A stretch of DNA of 64,000 bases from Microcoleus sp. (GTDB lineage: Bacteria; Cyanobacteriota; Cyanobacteriia; Cyanobacteriales; Microcoleaceae). The stretch lies in the NCBI GenBank assembly GCA_052279835.1, contig CP181291.1:4928001-4992000 (forward strand), written 5' to 3'. Position 1 is the first letter of the stretch. Each line of letters begins with the position of its first letter. A model generated the notes under the pieces. The model worked only from the letters and a program-made list of their open reading frames with translations, was not told the DNA's origin and did no database searches. The translations under genes were made by a program, and so were the position numbers. Below are positions 19,394 through 29,658 of this stretch, piece after piece.

Positions 19394-19491
19394 GATAGTC
19401 AGTAAATAAACTTTTGAGTGAGGGGAATATTTTCAAAAGAAGAAGAAGATATTTATAATAGTAAAAATCCCTGTGATTGCGAGGAACCAAA

Positions 19492-22425
19492 GTGCAGCCA
19501 ACAGACCCTAGCAAATTTACCGATGAAGCCTGGGAATCCATTGTCAAATCCCAGGATGTAGCGCGCCGTTTTGCCAATCAGCAGCTAGAGGTTGAGCATT
19601 TAGCGATCGCCATTCTAGAACAGCTTGGTTTAGCAAACACCATTCTCAGCCTGGCCGGAATAGATGTCACCCGCTTTGGGCAACAGTTAGAAGCCTTTGC
19701 CAAACGACAGCCGAGAGTTGCCAACGCTGAACAACTATACCTCGGTCGTGGCTTAGATGTGATGTTAGATGTTGCCGAAGCCACCAGAGTGACTTGGCAA
19801 GATAATTTTATCGCCATTGAACATTTATTAATTGGCTTAATAGAAGATGAACGAGTTGGTAGGCGTTTGCTGACTAGGGGCGATGGGCCGCCGGGACGCC
19901 CTGGTTACGATCGCAGACCGGCACCCGGTACGATCGATCGCCCAAAACTCGAAGAAGCCATCAAATCTGTCCGCGCTACTGCAAAAGTCCCAGAAAAAAA
20001 TTCCGAAACCAACAAATCCAGCCTCCGCAACCCTAAAACTCCCGATCGAGATGGGGAAGCTAACTCCGACGCCCTGAGTAAATACGGCCGCGATTTAACC
20101 GAAGCTGCAAAAGCAGGCAAACTTGACCCCGTAATCGGCCGCGATGAAGAAATTCGCCGGGTAGTCCAAGTTCTTTCCCGCCGCCAAAAAAACAATCCGG
20201 TGTTAATTGGCGATCCCGGAGTCGGCAAAACGGCGATCGCCGAAGGTTTGGCCCAACGCATAGTTAACGGTGACGTCCCCGAATCTTTGAAAAATCGCCA
20301 ACTATTTAGCCTTGACATGGGCAGTTTAATTGCTGGGGCAAAATTCCGGGGCGAATTTGAAGAACGACTGCGATCGGTCCTGCGAGAAGTCATCGATTCC
20401 GACGGGCAAATAGTCCTATTTATTGATGAATTGCACACCGTTGTCGGTACTGGTGGCGGCGGTAGTTCCGGTTCAGGAATGGATGCGGGCAATTTGTTGA
20501 AACCCATGTTAGCCCGCGGCGAATTGCGCTGTATCGGCGCTACAACTCTCGACGAATTCCGCAAGCATATCGAAAAAGACCCGGCTTTGGAACGCCGTTT
20601 TCAACAAGTATTTGTCGGCGAGCCCAGCGTTGAAGATACTATTTCGATTTTGCGCGGATTGAAAGACCGTTACGAACGCCACCACGGGGTAAAAATCACT
20701 GATTCGGCCTTGGTGGCTGCTGCAACTTTGTCTTTTCGCTATATTTCCGATCGCTTTTTGCCGGATAAGGCGATCGACTTGGTAGATGAAGCCGCCGCCC
20801 ACTTGAAAATGGAAATTACTTCTAAACCTGTGGAATTGGAGGCGATCGACCGTCGCGTGATGCAGTTGGAAATGGAAAAATTGTCCATCGAAGGTGAGGG
20901 AAAAGGTACTCAAGCCTTGGGAATTGGTCCCCGCATCGAACGCATCAAAACTGAGATTGACATTTTGAAAGTCAAACAGGAAAAATTGTCTTCTCAGTGG
21001 TCTGGCGAAAAGCAGTTGTTGGATGCCATCAATAAATTGAAAGCAGAAGAAGACCAATTGCGAGTGCAAATAGAACAGGCAGAAAGGGCTTACGATTTGA
21101 ATAAAGCAGCCCAGTTAAAGTACGGGAAATTGGAAACTGCGGTGCGCGATCGCGAAGCCAAAGAAGCCGAACTTTTGAAACAACAATCTCAAGGTTCTTC
21201 CCTACTGAGGGAAAAAGTTACTGAGGGTGATATCGCAGAAATTGTTGCCAAATGGACTGGGATTCCTGTCAACAGGTTGCTGGAATCGGAACGCCAAAAA
21301 TTGCTGCAATTGGAGAAGCATTTGCACCACCGGGTAATCGGTCAACAGGAGGCTGTGACAGCCGTTGCTGCGGCAATTCGGCGAGCTCGTGCGGGGATGA
21401 AAGACCCCGGAAGGCCGATCGGCTCTTTCTTGTTCATGGGCCCGACAGGTGTCGGCAAAACTGAGTTGGCGCGGGCTTTGGCGGAGTTTTTATTTGATAG
21501 CGATGACGCGATAGTCCGCATTGATATGTCCGAATATATGGAGAAGCAAAACGTTTCTCGGTTAGTAGGAGCTCCCCCCGGATATGTCGGTTACGATGAA
21601 GGGGGACAACTTTCGGAAGCAGTGCGCAGACATCCTTATTCGGTGGTGTTATTTGATGAAGTGGAAAAGGCACACCCGGATGTATTTAACATTTTGCTGC
21701 AAGTGTTGGATGATGGCAGAATCACAGATTCTCAAGGTCGATTGGTGGACTTTAGAAATACCGTGATTGTGATGACTAGCAATATCGGTAGCGACCACAT
21801 TTTAGAAGTCTTTTCTAAGAAGGGAAAAACCGCCAAAAAAACTACCGCTCGCAAGCAGGAAGTCCCGGATTTTTCCAGTCAAAAGACCAACTATAAAGTT
21901 GATGATGATGGTACGGTTGAAATTTCGGCTTCGCGAGTTTCTGATGTTGTGAATCCTCCCATTTCTCAGGAACCAGAAAGTTTACCTATTTCTGAACGGG
22001 AGACTGACGAAGAGTACGAACAGATGTTGAAACGGGTGATGACTGCTTTGCGATCGCACTTCCGGCCGGAATTTCTAAATCGGGTGGATGAGACAATTTT
22101 GTTCCACACTTTGAGCAAAACTGAACTCCGCCAAATTGTCACTATTCAAGTCAAGCGAATTGAACGGTTGTTGGCGGAACAAAAGATTACCTTGGAACTG
22201 TCGGATGCTGCCAAAAACCATATCACAAATGTTGGTTACGACCCAGTTTATGGTGCTCGTCCTTTGAAACGGGCTATTCAGCGGGAGTTGGAAAACCCGC
22301 TGGCTAATAAGATTCTGGAAAATGCTTTTGTGGAGGGTGATACAATTGCGATCGATTGTGAAAATAATAGTTTGCAATTTCGCAAAATAGAGTCTCGTCC
22401 GGCCTTAGTTGGTAACAGTTTGTAG
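19492..22425 (+). CDS. clpB: ATP-dependent chaperone ClpB
   Basis: GTG start ([10 protein letters not shown]); two Walker A motifs GDPGVGKT and GPTGVGKT; coiled-coil M domain; GARPLKR. Confidence 0.95.
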   Translation: MQPTDPSKFTDEAWESIVKSQDVARRFANQQLEVEHLAIAILEQLGLANTILSLAGIDVTRFGQQLEAFAKRQPRVANAEQLYLGRGLDVMLDVAEATRVTWQDNFIAIEHLLIGLIEDERVGRRLLTRGDGPPGRPGYDRRPAPGTIDRPKLEEAIKSVRATAKVPEKNSETNKSSLRNPKTPDRDGEANSDALSKYGRDLTEAAKAGKLDPVIGRDEEIRRVVQVLSRRQKNNPVLIGDPGVGKTAIAEGLAQRIVNGDVPESLKNRQLFSLDMGSLIAGAKFRGEFEERLRSVLREVIDSDGQIVLFIDELHTVVGTGGGGSSGSGMDAGNLLKPMLARGELRCIGATTLDEFRKHIEKDPALERRFQQVFVGEPSVEDTISILRGLKDRYERHHGVKITDSALVAAATLSFRYISDRFLPDKAIDLVDEAAAHLKMEITSKPVELEAIDRRVMQLEMEKLSIEGEGKGTQALGIGPRIERIKTEIDILKVKQEKLSSQWSGEKQLLDAINKLKAEEDQLRVQIEQAERAYDLNKAAQLKYGKLETAVRDREAKEAELLKQQSQGSSLLREKVTEGDIAEIVAKWTGIPVNRLLESERQKLLQLEKHLHHRVIGQQEAVTAVAAAIRRARAGMKDPGRPIGSFLFMGPTGVGKTELARALAEFLFDSDDAIVRIDMSEYMEKQNVSRLVGAPPGYVGYDEGGQLSEAVRRHPYSVVLFDEVEKAHPDVFNILLQVLDDGRITDSQGRLVDFRNTVIVMTSNIGSDHILEVFSKKGKTAKKTTARKQEVPDFSSQKTNYKVDDDGTVEISASRVSDVVNPPISQEPESLPISERETDEEYEQMLKRVMTALRSHFRPEFLNRVDETILFHTLSKTELRQIVTIQVKRIERLLAEQKITLELSDAAKNHITNVGYDPVYGARPLKRAIQRELENPLANKILENAFVEGDTIAIDCENNSLQFRKIESRPALVGNSL

Positions 22426-22567
22426 CTTGGTTAGGAACAGGCAAAAAAGCCTGCTCCACAAAAGATTTCAGGACTTACAAACCCGGTTTCTCTAGCCTTT
22501 TTCAGTTAGGTGGGTACTAGGTAATGAGACCCCCCCCTAGGGGGGATGGGAATAGGGTATAGGGCAT

Positions 22568-22655
22568 TACCTATTACCAATTACCAATTACCTATTACCA
22601 ATTACCTATTACCAATTACCTATTACCTATTACCAATTACCTATTACCTATTATT
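22568..22655. repeat. STRR heptamer tract (TTACCAA/TTACCTA n)
   Basis: Directly visible. Confidence 0.9.
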
Positions 22656-22669
22656 GAAAATGGTTCAAA

Positions 22670-22900
22670 TTAGGAATTGGACATGGTGCTGCTACCATAG
22701 GCATCCAGGCTGTAGGCGGGAACGCGAAGGCTGTAATCAATCTCTGTTCCGGTGACGGTTACAGCCAATTTTTCAAAAGATTCTGAGTTCCAATTGCGAT
22801 CGTGGATGGGCTTGGACTGTTCGCCCAGGAAGTATGCTTGAGTGCCAATTACTGAGGCTGCTACCCAACCGACGATTAAAAGGGCGATTACGATAGTCAT
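22670..22900 (-). CDS. Small single-TM cyanobacterial protein, probably Psb35-like PSII assembly factor
   Basis: MTIVIALLIVGWVAASVIGTQAYFLGEQSKPIHDRNW is a conserved cyanobacterial motif; AAGGA RBS; family name from recall. Confidence 0.6.
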   Translation of the reverse strand: MTIVIALLIVGWVAASVIGTQAYFLGEQSKPIHDRNWNSESFEKLAVTVTGTEIDYSLRVPAYSLDAYGSSTMSNS

Positions 22901-22928
22901 GGCGGCTTTTCCTTAAGTTTTGTTGCTT

Positions 22929-22968
22929 TATGTAAATAAATGTAACAAATGTTTGCGGAGGATGTCAA
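22929..22968 (-). promoter_or_regulatory. Sigma70 promoter with overlapping HLR1 (RpaB) site
   Basis: On the - strand: TTGACA (22968-22963), 18 bp, TACATT; GTTACATT-ta-TTTACATA (22946-22929) matches the HLR1 direct repeat. Confidence 0.7.
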
Positions 22969-23471
22969 GATAGTGTATTGTCGTGCCAACCGTCCAGTAG
23001 GTACGGAATGCCACACCTAATGCTTCCAACCGCCGACATCTAGTAATTTCAGATGGAGAGAGACGGAGGGAGACGGGGGTAAATTAGCTATAACTAGCAG
23101 TAGGCATTTCGATTGTTGACAATATTGATGCCGAAGGAAAAGTTACCAGCAAACAGATTAGGACTTGATTTCAGGATAGGATATATCGCAGATTAGCCAA
23201 GTTTTTTGTTAATAATTTATAAGTTTCGCCTTCATAAACCATCGTGAACGACTCAGCCTTTAGTATGAGAAAGTGCTAGGGTGTTATGAGTTATAATCAA
23301 CAAGTTTGGATTTGAAAAATAGCAAGCATTACAGGATTTATCAACCTGTCGATCGATTTGAGCCCGCATCAGTGTCTGAGCGGTTCCTGAAACCAAAAAA
23401 TCTCGATCGCCAATGAAATCAGATTGCTATCACCATTCCTTCTACCCTCTTCCTTTTTCCCCAGGATAATT

Positions 23472-26400
23472 ATGCACAACTCAATCTTAAATGACGACCC
23501 TTTGTGGTTCAAAGATGCGATCATTTACGAAGTACCAATTCGCGCTTTTGCCGACAGCAATGGTGATGGTATCGGCGACTTTCGTGGGCTAACTGAAAAA
23601 CTGGATTATCTGCAAAACTTGGGAGTAACAGCAATTTGGGTACTGCCGTTTTTTCCATCTCCGCTCCGAGATGATGGCTACGATACTTCGGATTATATGA
23701 GCGTCAACCCGATTTATGGCACTTTAGAAGACTTTAAACATCTTTTAGAAGAAGCGCACCTGCGGGGAATTAGAGTTATTATTGAGTTAATTGTCAACCA
23801 CACTTCAGACCAACACGCTTGGTTTCAGAAAGCGCGACGTGCTCCTAAAGGTAGCAAAGAAAGAGAATTTTATGTATGGAGCGATACGCCAGAAAAATAT
23901 CAAGATGCTCGGATTATTTTCCAGGATTTTGAAACTTCTAATTGGGCTTGGGATGCCGTAGCAAAAGCTTATTATTGGCATCGTTTTTATTCCCACCAAC
24001 CAGACTTGAATTATGACAATCCAGCGGTGCGTCTCGCCATATTAGATGTGGTAGATTTTTGGTTAGCAATGGGAGTGGATGGACTGCGAATGGATGCGGT
24101 GCCTTACTTGTACGAGCGCGAAGGTACTAACTGTGAAAACTTGTCAGAAACTCACTTATTTCTGAAACAGTTGCGGAAGCACGTAGATGAGAAATTCCCC
24201 AACCGAATGCTGCTAGCTGAGGCGAATCAGTGGCCGGAGGATGCGGTTGAATATTACGCGGATGGGGATGAATGTCACATGAATTTTCATTTCCCGCTGA
24301 TGCCGCGCTTGTTCATGTCTGTACACATGGAAGATAGCTTTCCGATTATTGATATTCTCCAGCAAACTCCCCAGATTCCTAATAACTGTCAGTGGGCATT
24401 GTTTTTGCGAAATCATGACGAACTGACGCTGGAAATGGTGAGTGATGAAGACCGAGATTATATGTACCGAGTTTACGCTCAAGATACCCAGGCGAGGATT
24501 AATTTGGGTATCCGCCGTCGCTTGGCTCCACTGATGGGAAATAATCGCCGCCGGATTGAGTTGATGAATGCTTTGCTGCTTTCTCTTCCGGGTACGCCTG
24601 TGCTTTACTATGGCGATGAAATTGGGATGGGTGACAATATTTATTTGGGCGATCGCAACGGGGTGAGAACTCCGATGCAGTGGAGTGGCGATCGCAATGC
24701 CGGTTTCAGTCGCGCTAACCAACAACGGCTCTACGCACCGCCAATTGTTGACCCTGAATATCACTACGAATCTGTGAATGTGGAGGCGCAACGCTCTAAT
24801 CCAAATTCTCTTTGGTGGTGGATGAAACGCCTCATAGCTATTCGCCAACGCTTCCAAGCATTCGGCCGCGGAACTTGCGAATTTCTTTACCCGGAAAACC
24901 GCAAAGTTTTAGCTTTTGTGCGTACTTATCAAGACGAACACGTTTTAGTAGTAGCGAATTTGTCCCGCTTCGTACAGACGGCAGAATTAGACCTTTCGCC
25001 CTTCAAAGGTGCTATTCCGGTGGAGATTTTTGGTCGGACAGAGTTTCCGGCTGTGGGCGATTCGGCTTACTTTTTGAGTTTGAGTCCTCACTCATTTTAT
25101 TGGTTTACCCTTACTGTCAAAACCGAAGAATTTTCCCTACACTTACCTCAAACGGAACTGCCGACATTAGGTATCCCAGGCAACTGGAAAACAGCTTTTG
25201 CTACCAGTAAATTGAGAGAGGGACTGGTTCCTATTTTGCCTGATTACTTGCGTTCTAGTCCTTGGTTTATCGGTAGGGATAGGACGATTCAATCTTTGCA
25301 AATAGATGAAATTGTGCCAGTTGAATGTAAAAAATATTCGGGATTAGAATCCACAGTCTACATTTTACTGTTGCAGTTAAATTATACTGAAGGGATGGCA
25401 GAAAGTTACATTTTGCCTGTAGGTTGGGAAGAGATTCAAGGTGATGTGGACGAACGGGCGATCGCTAGGATTCAATTTTTAGAAAAAAACGAAGTTGGGG
25501 TACTATTTGATGCAGCCACGGACAAAGCTTTTCTCAGTGTTCTGCTAGAGGCGATCGCCCATTCTGGTAATTACAAAGGTGTCGCGGGTAAAGTGCTAGG
25601 AATTCCCGACAATGCACTCGCCTCAGAACCAGATTTGTCAAAGCTAGAACCTCATGTATTCAAAAAAGAACATAGCAATACATCCGCAGGTTACGGCGAT
25701 CGCTTCGCCTTCAAACTCTTGCGAAAAGTTGAAGAAGGTATCAACCCAGAACTAGAAATCGGACGCTTTTTAACCGATCGCAACTTGATTCAACACTTTG
25801 CTCCCATTGCCGGATATTTAGAATATCAGGCGGAAGGGAAACCAGTAATGACAATGGGTATCTTGCAAAAATTCGTCCCCGATAGCAGGGATGCCTGGTC
25901 CTATACCTTAGACACATTGCGCGACTATTTCGAGCAAGTAATGGCAGTAGAAGCCAAGTATGCAGCAGAAAATTTATCTACGGACCCCGAAAATTATTTA
26001 CCGAATGCCAACACCGCACCAATGCAGCGGCATTCAAACTCGTTAGTCTCCGATTTATCCCTAGCAGTTCCCGAATTAGCTCGCGAACTAATCGGTTCCT
26101 ATTTAGCCTCCGCCGAACTTTTAGGACAGCGGACAGCCGAACTTCACCTAGCATTAGCTTCCGATGCACAAAATCCCGATTTTGCCCCAGAAAACTTTAC
26201 TTCATTTTACCAACGTTCCATCTATCAACAGATGAGAAATTTAGCAGGAAGGACTTTGCTGCTACTGAAAAAACGGCTATCCCAACTGCCACCGGAAACC
26301 CAAAAATTGGGACAAGTTCTGCTAAATCGGGAAGACTTGCTGATGGAACGTTTCAAATCTATTTTGAACTTAAAAATCACGGCAGAGCGCATTCGCTGTC

Positions 26401-26852
26401 ATGGGGACTTTCATTTAGGAAAAGTTCTGTATACAGGCAAAGAGTTTGTGATTATTAACTTTGGAGGAGAAAGAAATCGACCCTTAAGCGAGAGGCGGAT
26501 GAAGCGATCGCCCCTGCGAGATGTAGCGGGAATGCTACAATCTTTCAACTATGCTGTGAGTTTGGGGCTCCGCAATGAAGTAGAAAGCGGGATGATTCGT
26601 CCTGAAAATTTATCGGAGATGCAGCAGTGGGCCAAGGTTTGGGATCGTTGGGTTAGCCTGACTTTTCTGAAGAGTTATTTGCTGAAAGCAGCCGATGCAA
26701 ACTTCTTGCCAAAATCAATCGCGGAAATACAAGTTTTACTGGATGCCTACATCTTAGAAAAAACGGTTTCTGAGCTGGTGTATGAACTTAATTATCGCGT
26801 GGATTGGATAGAAGTTCCGCTTCAGCGGATGCTGCAATTGCTGGAACGTTGA
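23472..26852 (+). CDS. treS: Trehalose synthase (maltose alpha-D-glucosyltransferase) fused to a maltokinase-like domain
   Basis: GH13 motifs (WFKDAIIYE, GLRMDAVPYL, AEANQW, FLRNHDELTLE) plus C-terminal RIRCHGDFHLGKVL kinase-like domain. Confidence 0.93.
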   Translation: MHNSILNDDPLWFKDAIIYEVPIRAFADSNGDGIGDFRGLTEKLDYLQNLGVTAIWVLPFFPSPLRDDGYDTSDYMSVNPIYGTLEDFKHLLEEAHLRGIRVIIELIVNHTSDQHAWFQKARRAPKGSKEREFYVWSDTPEKYQDARIIFQDFETSNWAWDAVAKAYYWHRFYSHQPDLNYDNPAVRLAILDVVDFWLAMGVDGLRMDAVPYLYEREGTNCENLSETHLFLKQLRKHVDEKFPNRMLLAEANQWPEDAVEYYADGDECHMNFHFPLMPRLFMSVHMEDSFPIIDILQQTPQIPNNCQWALFLRNHDELTLEMVSDEDRDYMYRVYAQDTQARINLGIRRRLAPLMGNNRRRIELMNALLLSLPGTPVLYYGDEIGMGDNIYLGDRNGVRTPMQWSGDRNAGFSRANQQRLYAPPIVDPEYHYESVNVEAQRSNPNSLWWWMKRLIAIRQRFQAFGRGTCEFLYPENRKVLAFVRTYQDEHVLVVANLSRFVQTAELDLSPFKGAIPVEIFGRTEFPAVGDSAYFLSLSPHSFYWFTLTVKTEEFSLHLPQTELPTLGIPGNWKTAFATSKLREGLVPILPDYLRSSPWFIGRDRTIQSLQIDEIVPVECKKYSGLESTVYILLLQLNYTEGMAESYILPVGWEEIQGDVDERAIARIQFLEKNEVGVLFDAATDKAFLSVLLEAIAHSGNYKGVAGKVLGIPDNALASEPDLSKLEPHVFKKEHSNTSAGYGDRFAFKLLRKVEEGINPELEIGRFLTDRNLIQHFAPIAGYLEYQAEGKPVMTMGILQKFVPDSRDAWSYTLDTLRDYFEQVMAVEAKYAAENLSTDPENYLPNANTAPMQRHSNSLVSDLSLAVPELARELIGSYLASAELLGQRTAELHLALASDAQNPDFAPENFTSFYQRSIYQQMRNLAGRTLLLLKKRLSQLPPETQKLGQVLLNREDLLMERFKSILNLKITAERIRCHGDFHLGKVLYTGKEFVIINFGGERNRPLSERRMKRSPLRDVAGMLQSFNYAVSLGLRNEVESGMIRPENLSEMQQWAKVWDRWVSLTFLKSYLLKAADANFLPKSIAEIQVLLDAYILEKTVSELVYELNYRVDWIEVPLQRMLQLLER

Positions 26853-26929
26853 CAATTGAATTCTTCCTGAATATCCCTCATCCTCCCTTGGGGGCAGGGG
26901 TGTTTCATTCTCCAGAAAACGATGATTCT

Positions 26930-26956
26930 GTAGGGGTAGTGCCCCGGTGCCTACCC
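26930..26956 (+). repeat. GTAG-type REP-like palindrome
   Basis: GTAGGGGTAGTGCCCCGGTGCCTACCC; near-identical copy at 44748. Confidence 0.7.
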
Positions 26957-26960
26957 CCCT

Positions 26961-27066
26961 TATATCAAATCCGGTAGCAGGGGAATTATTTATCTCTGTT
27001 ATCTCCCTCTGTGTTCTCTGCGTTCTAGTAAGGTTAAATCATTCCGATCCAACGGTCAACGATATT
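26961..27066. repeat. ~105-bp MITE-like dispersed element (copy 1)
   Basis: Homologous to the reverse complement of 53677-53782 (TATATCAA...CTCTGTGTTCTCTG...CAACGGTCAACGATAT). Confidence 0.7.
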
Positions 27067-27385
27067 ACTTCAAATAAAGAGATGTTTGATACAAAACTTG
27101 TTCTTGATGAGTTAACAAAGTGCAGTCAGAAAGCGGGTAAGCTACACAAGTAACAGCGTAGCCAGCTTGCAATTCTGAGGACTTCAAAAACTTTTGTTCG
27201 CTTTGGTCAATTTTGCCGCTAAGCAGCTTGACAACGCAGGCAGAACACTCTCCTTGCTTGCATCCATTGGGCAAGCGAATGCCGGCATCTTCTGCCATAT
27301 CTAAGATATACTGGTCGTCTGGTACGGCGATCGTGCGATCGAGCGCTAGTTCCTGATTTACAAACCGAACTTGATAAACTGCCAT
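27065..27385 (-). CDS. Plant-type 2Fe-2S ferredoxin
   Basis: LPNGCKQGECSAC...TCVAYP. Confidence 0.92.
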   Translation of the reverse strand: MAVYQVRFVNQELALDRTIAVPDDQYILDMAEDAGIRLPNGCKQGECSACVVKLLSGKIDQSEQKFLKSSELQAGYAVTCVAYPLSDCTLLTHQEQVLYQTSLYLK

Positions 27386-27521
27386 TTTTTTCTCTGTATT
27401 CGCGAAGGGGCTGGTTTAGTATGCTGTTAGTCTTAGCAAAAATTTCGGGTAAAACCCGCCCCGACAAGTAAAAAAGGCAGGTTTATGATGGTGTTAATTT
27501 TACCGCAGTAAATGTGTATAT

Positions 27522-28169
27522 CTAAACAAGTGCCTGTTGATAGTCGAGATTTTCATCGAGATAAATAGCTCGAATATCATCCGGCAAATTAGATTCCAGA
27601 GTTTGATATCCTTTTTGCAGTAAAGCCCTTACCTGAGCCGGGGAAATAGCTTCACCTTCTGCTTGTAAATAAGCAGCAATTCTGGTTTCGCTCCAGCGGA
27701 AAGTCTGAGCCATCAACACCACTAAACGTGGTAGGGGTGCTAACAATTCTAAGGCTTGTTTGAGGTAACACCAGAGAGGGGGTGGAGCGGATTGTAAAGA
27801 ATAATGAATAGTCTCAACCGGAGGCAATTCTGCTTGATTTATGCAGATAGCCGTGACATTAATGAGCCAGTTTTGCAGACTGAGATTGTCGCCATCAGAC
27901 TCTTGGATTTCCCGGCGCAAATCGAGGCCTCGGAGTTCGTGATAGATGTGCAGCCAAGTGTGGGCGAATAGGTAATCTCCTTGGACTGGCGATCGCACAG
28001 AATGGCGAATTAGGGAATGTACTATTTGAGCGTAGCGGCAAAAAATTGCCGTAAAGAACTTACCCTGATCGGGATGATTTTGAAACAGGGTCAATAATTC
28101 GCGATCGCTGTGATGGAACAGGGATTTAACCACAGGATGGTTGAATTCTGAAAAATTAGGTGTTTGCAC
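27522..28169 (-). CDS. Conserved cyanobacterial sigma-70/ECF-like protein
   Basis: Probable GTG start (VQTPNFSEFNHP); sigma region 2-like and region 4-like segments (LELLAPLPRLVVLMAQTFRWSETRIA). Confidence 0.65.
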   Translation of the reverse strand: MQTPNFSEFNHPVVKSLFHHSDRELLTLFQNHPDQGKFFTAIFCRYAQIVHSLIRHSVRSPVQGDYLFAHTWLHIYHELRGLDLRREIQESDGDNLSLQNWLINVTAICINQAELPPVETIHYSLQSAPPPLWCYLKQALELLAPLPRLVVLMAQTFRWSETRIAAYLQAEGEAISPAQVRALLQKGYQTLESNLPDDIRAIYLDENLDYQQALV

Positions 28170-28302
28170 AATTGTTCTGGAATGGTTTGGTAATAAATAT
28201 TGAAATAGTACCATATCCTCCGCCACTGGGTGTTTAGAGCGCAAACACATCTCCCGACTGCGATCGCACTTAGCAGAGCTAAGGTTTTTGCTCTGGGGGA
28301 GG

Positions 28303-29562
28303 CTACTTTTGTGCAGGTTTTATTGCTCCAAATCGCTGCAATGTGTGAGTGTACCAGTCGATATCCCCCGAAGTTGCAAATTGGGGGCTGTTTCGGTCGC
28401 ATTTTTGCTTTACGGTTTTCAAACTTTCTGTGTCGCTTTTAGTTGCTTCCAGCACCTGGAATAAGATGCAGTGAGCTAGCCCTTCTTGGTTCTCAAGCGG
28501 CTTTTTTTCGTCAATATCTATCGCTTTTTTGAGGTTTTCAGTAGCTGCGGTGTAGTCTTTTTTTTGTAATAGCGTCCATCCCAGATTTTTGTATAATTTG
28601 TATTTCACTTCCTCGGTTTGACTGGTCTCCAAACCGAGACGAAACATGGTCTCAGCTTCGGTGTAGTCTTGTTTGAGAAAAGCTAACCGCCCCAAATTGT
28701 TAAAAGCTTTGTGTTGCTTTCCGGATAAGGCAGTTTGATACGCTGTTTTAGCATCGTCAAATTTGAGCAGGGCTTCGTAAACTTCGCCCCGATACAGGTA
28801 AAAATCAGCATTCTGCGGGTCGAGGGCGATCGCTTGGTCGAAGTTATTTCGTGCTTGGTCTAACTGACCTTGAGCCAGATGTTTTTGCCCCTTTTTACTG
28901 TAATATTTAGCAAGACTTGGCAGGGAAGCGTTGAGAGCGATCGCGCTCAGCAGCATGATTGCTGACAAGCCACAAGTAAATTCAGACTGGTATTTGAGAG
29001 GAATTTTCCAATTGTTGAGCAAGCGCTCAACAAATTGCTGCCCCCCTTTCGTCAACGAGCCCCCTGCTACCAGCAGCGTCAGCCCGCTTTGGCTGAGCAT
29101 CCCAAATGCTTCGGCGATCCCGACGCCGCCTGCTGCAAACCGTGGCTGAATGCTGCCAATAAAGCTGGTAGTCGTTACTAAGCAAGCAATGCTCAGCAAT
29201 TGCCACAGCCAGTCCCACTGTTTTGACGGCGGCGGGAGTTGGTCGATGTACCACCACCATGCGATTTGGGGGGGATTGAAACTGCGTCGCCACTTATCGA
29301 ACTCGGCTGCTTCGTTAATAGACTCAGCCTGTTCTTTTAAGCGATCGTCTAACCGAAGTACAGCAACTAAACTTTCAGCAGCAGGATTAGTTGTTTTGGA
29401 GAGGGCGGAACTGGCGTTATCCCTGGCTGCGAGAACTTCTAAGACTTGTTCTGGCTGTGGATTTGATGCCTTCTCGATCGCCTTCAGGGCTGTCTCATAG
29501 CGAGCGATCGCCAAATCTAAATCCGAAGTAACTTCTGCCTCAGAATTTGCATCAATACCCAT
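28303..29562 (-). CDS. Membrane-anchored tetratricopeptide repeat protein
   Basis: Helical N-domain ending PPQIAWWW, ~3 TM segments, then TPRs (AIALDPQNADFYLYRG, AFNNLG, LYKNLGW). Confidence 0.8.
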   Translation of the reverse strand: MGIDANSEAEVTSDLDLAIARYETALKAIEKASNPQPEQVLEVLAARDNASSALSKTTNPAAESLVAVLRLDDRLKEQAESINEAAEFDKWRRSFNPPQIAWWWYIDQLPPPSKQWDWLWQLLSIACLVTTTSFIGSIQPRFAAGGVGIAEAFGMLSQSGLTLLVAGGSLTKGGQQFVERLLNNWKIPLKYQSEFTCGLSAIMLLSAIALNASLPSLAKYYSKKGQKHLAQGQLDQARNNFDQAIALDPQNADFYLYRGEVYEALLKFDDAKTAYQTALSGKQHKAFNNLGRLAFLKQDYTEAETMFRLGLETSQTEEVKYKLYKNLGWTLLQKKDYTAATENLKKAIDIDEKKPLENQEGLAHCILFQVLEATKSDTESLKTVKQKCDRNSPQFATSGDIDWYTHTLQRFGAIKPAQK

Positions 29563-29658
29563 CGCACCTTAACTGATAAATTGTGAACCCGTCAACTATC
29601 TTAGGACAGTCTATACTATCTCGCCAGCATTCATGCGATCGCATCTTAAGTTTAGTTC

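Noticed and set aside
22546..22755. ORF with LPITNY repeats
   Set aside because: It is a translation of the STRR heptamer tract.
22931..22946. NtcA site upstream of the small membrane protein gene
   Set aside because: GTA-N8-TAA does not match GTA-N8-TAC; HLR1 fits better.
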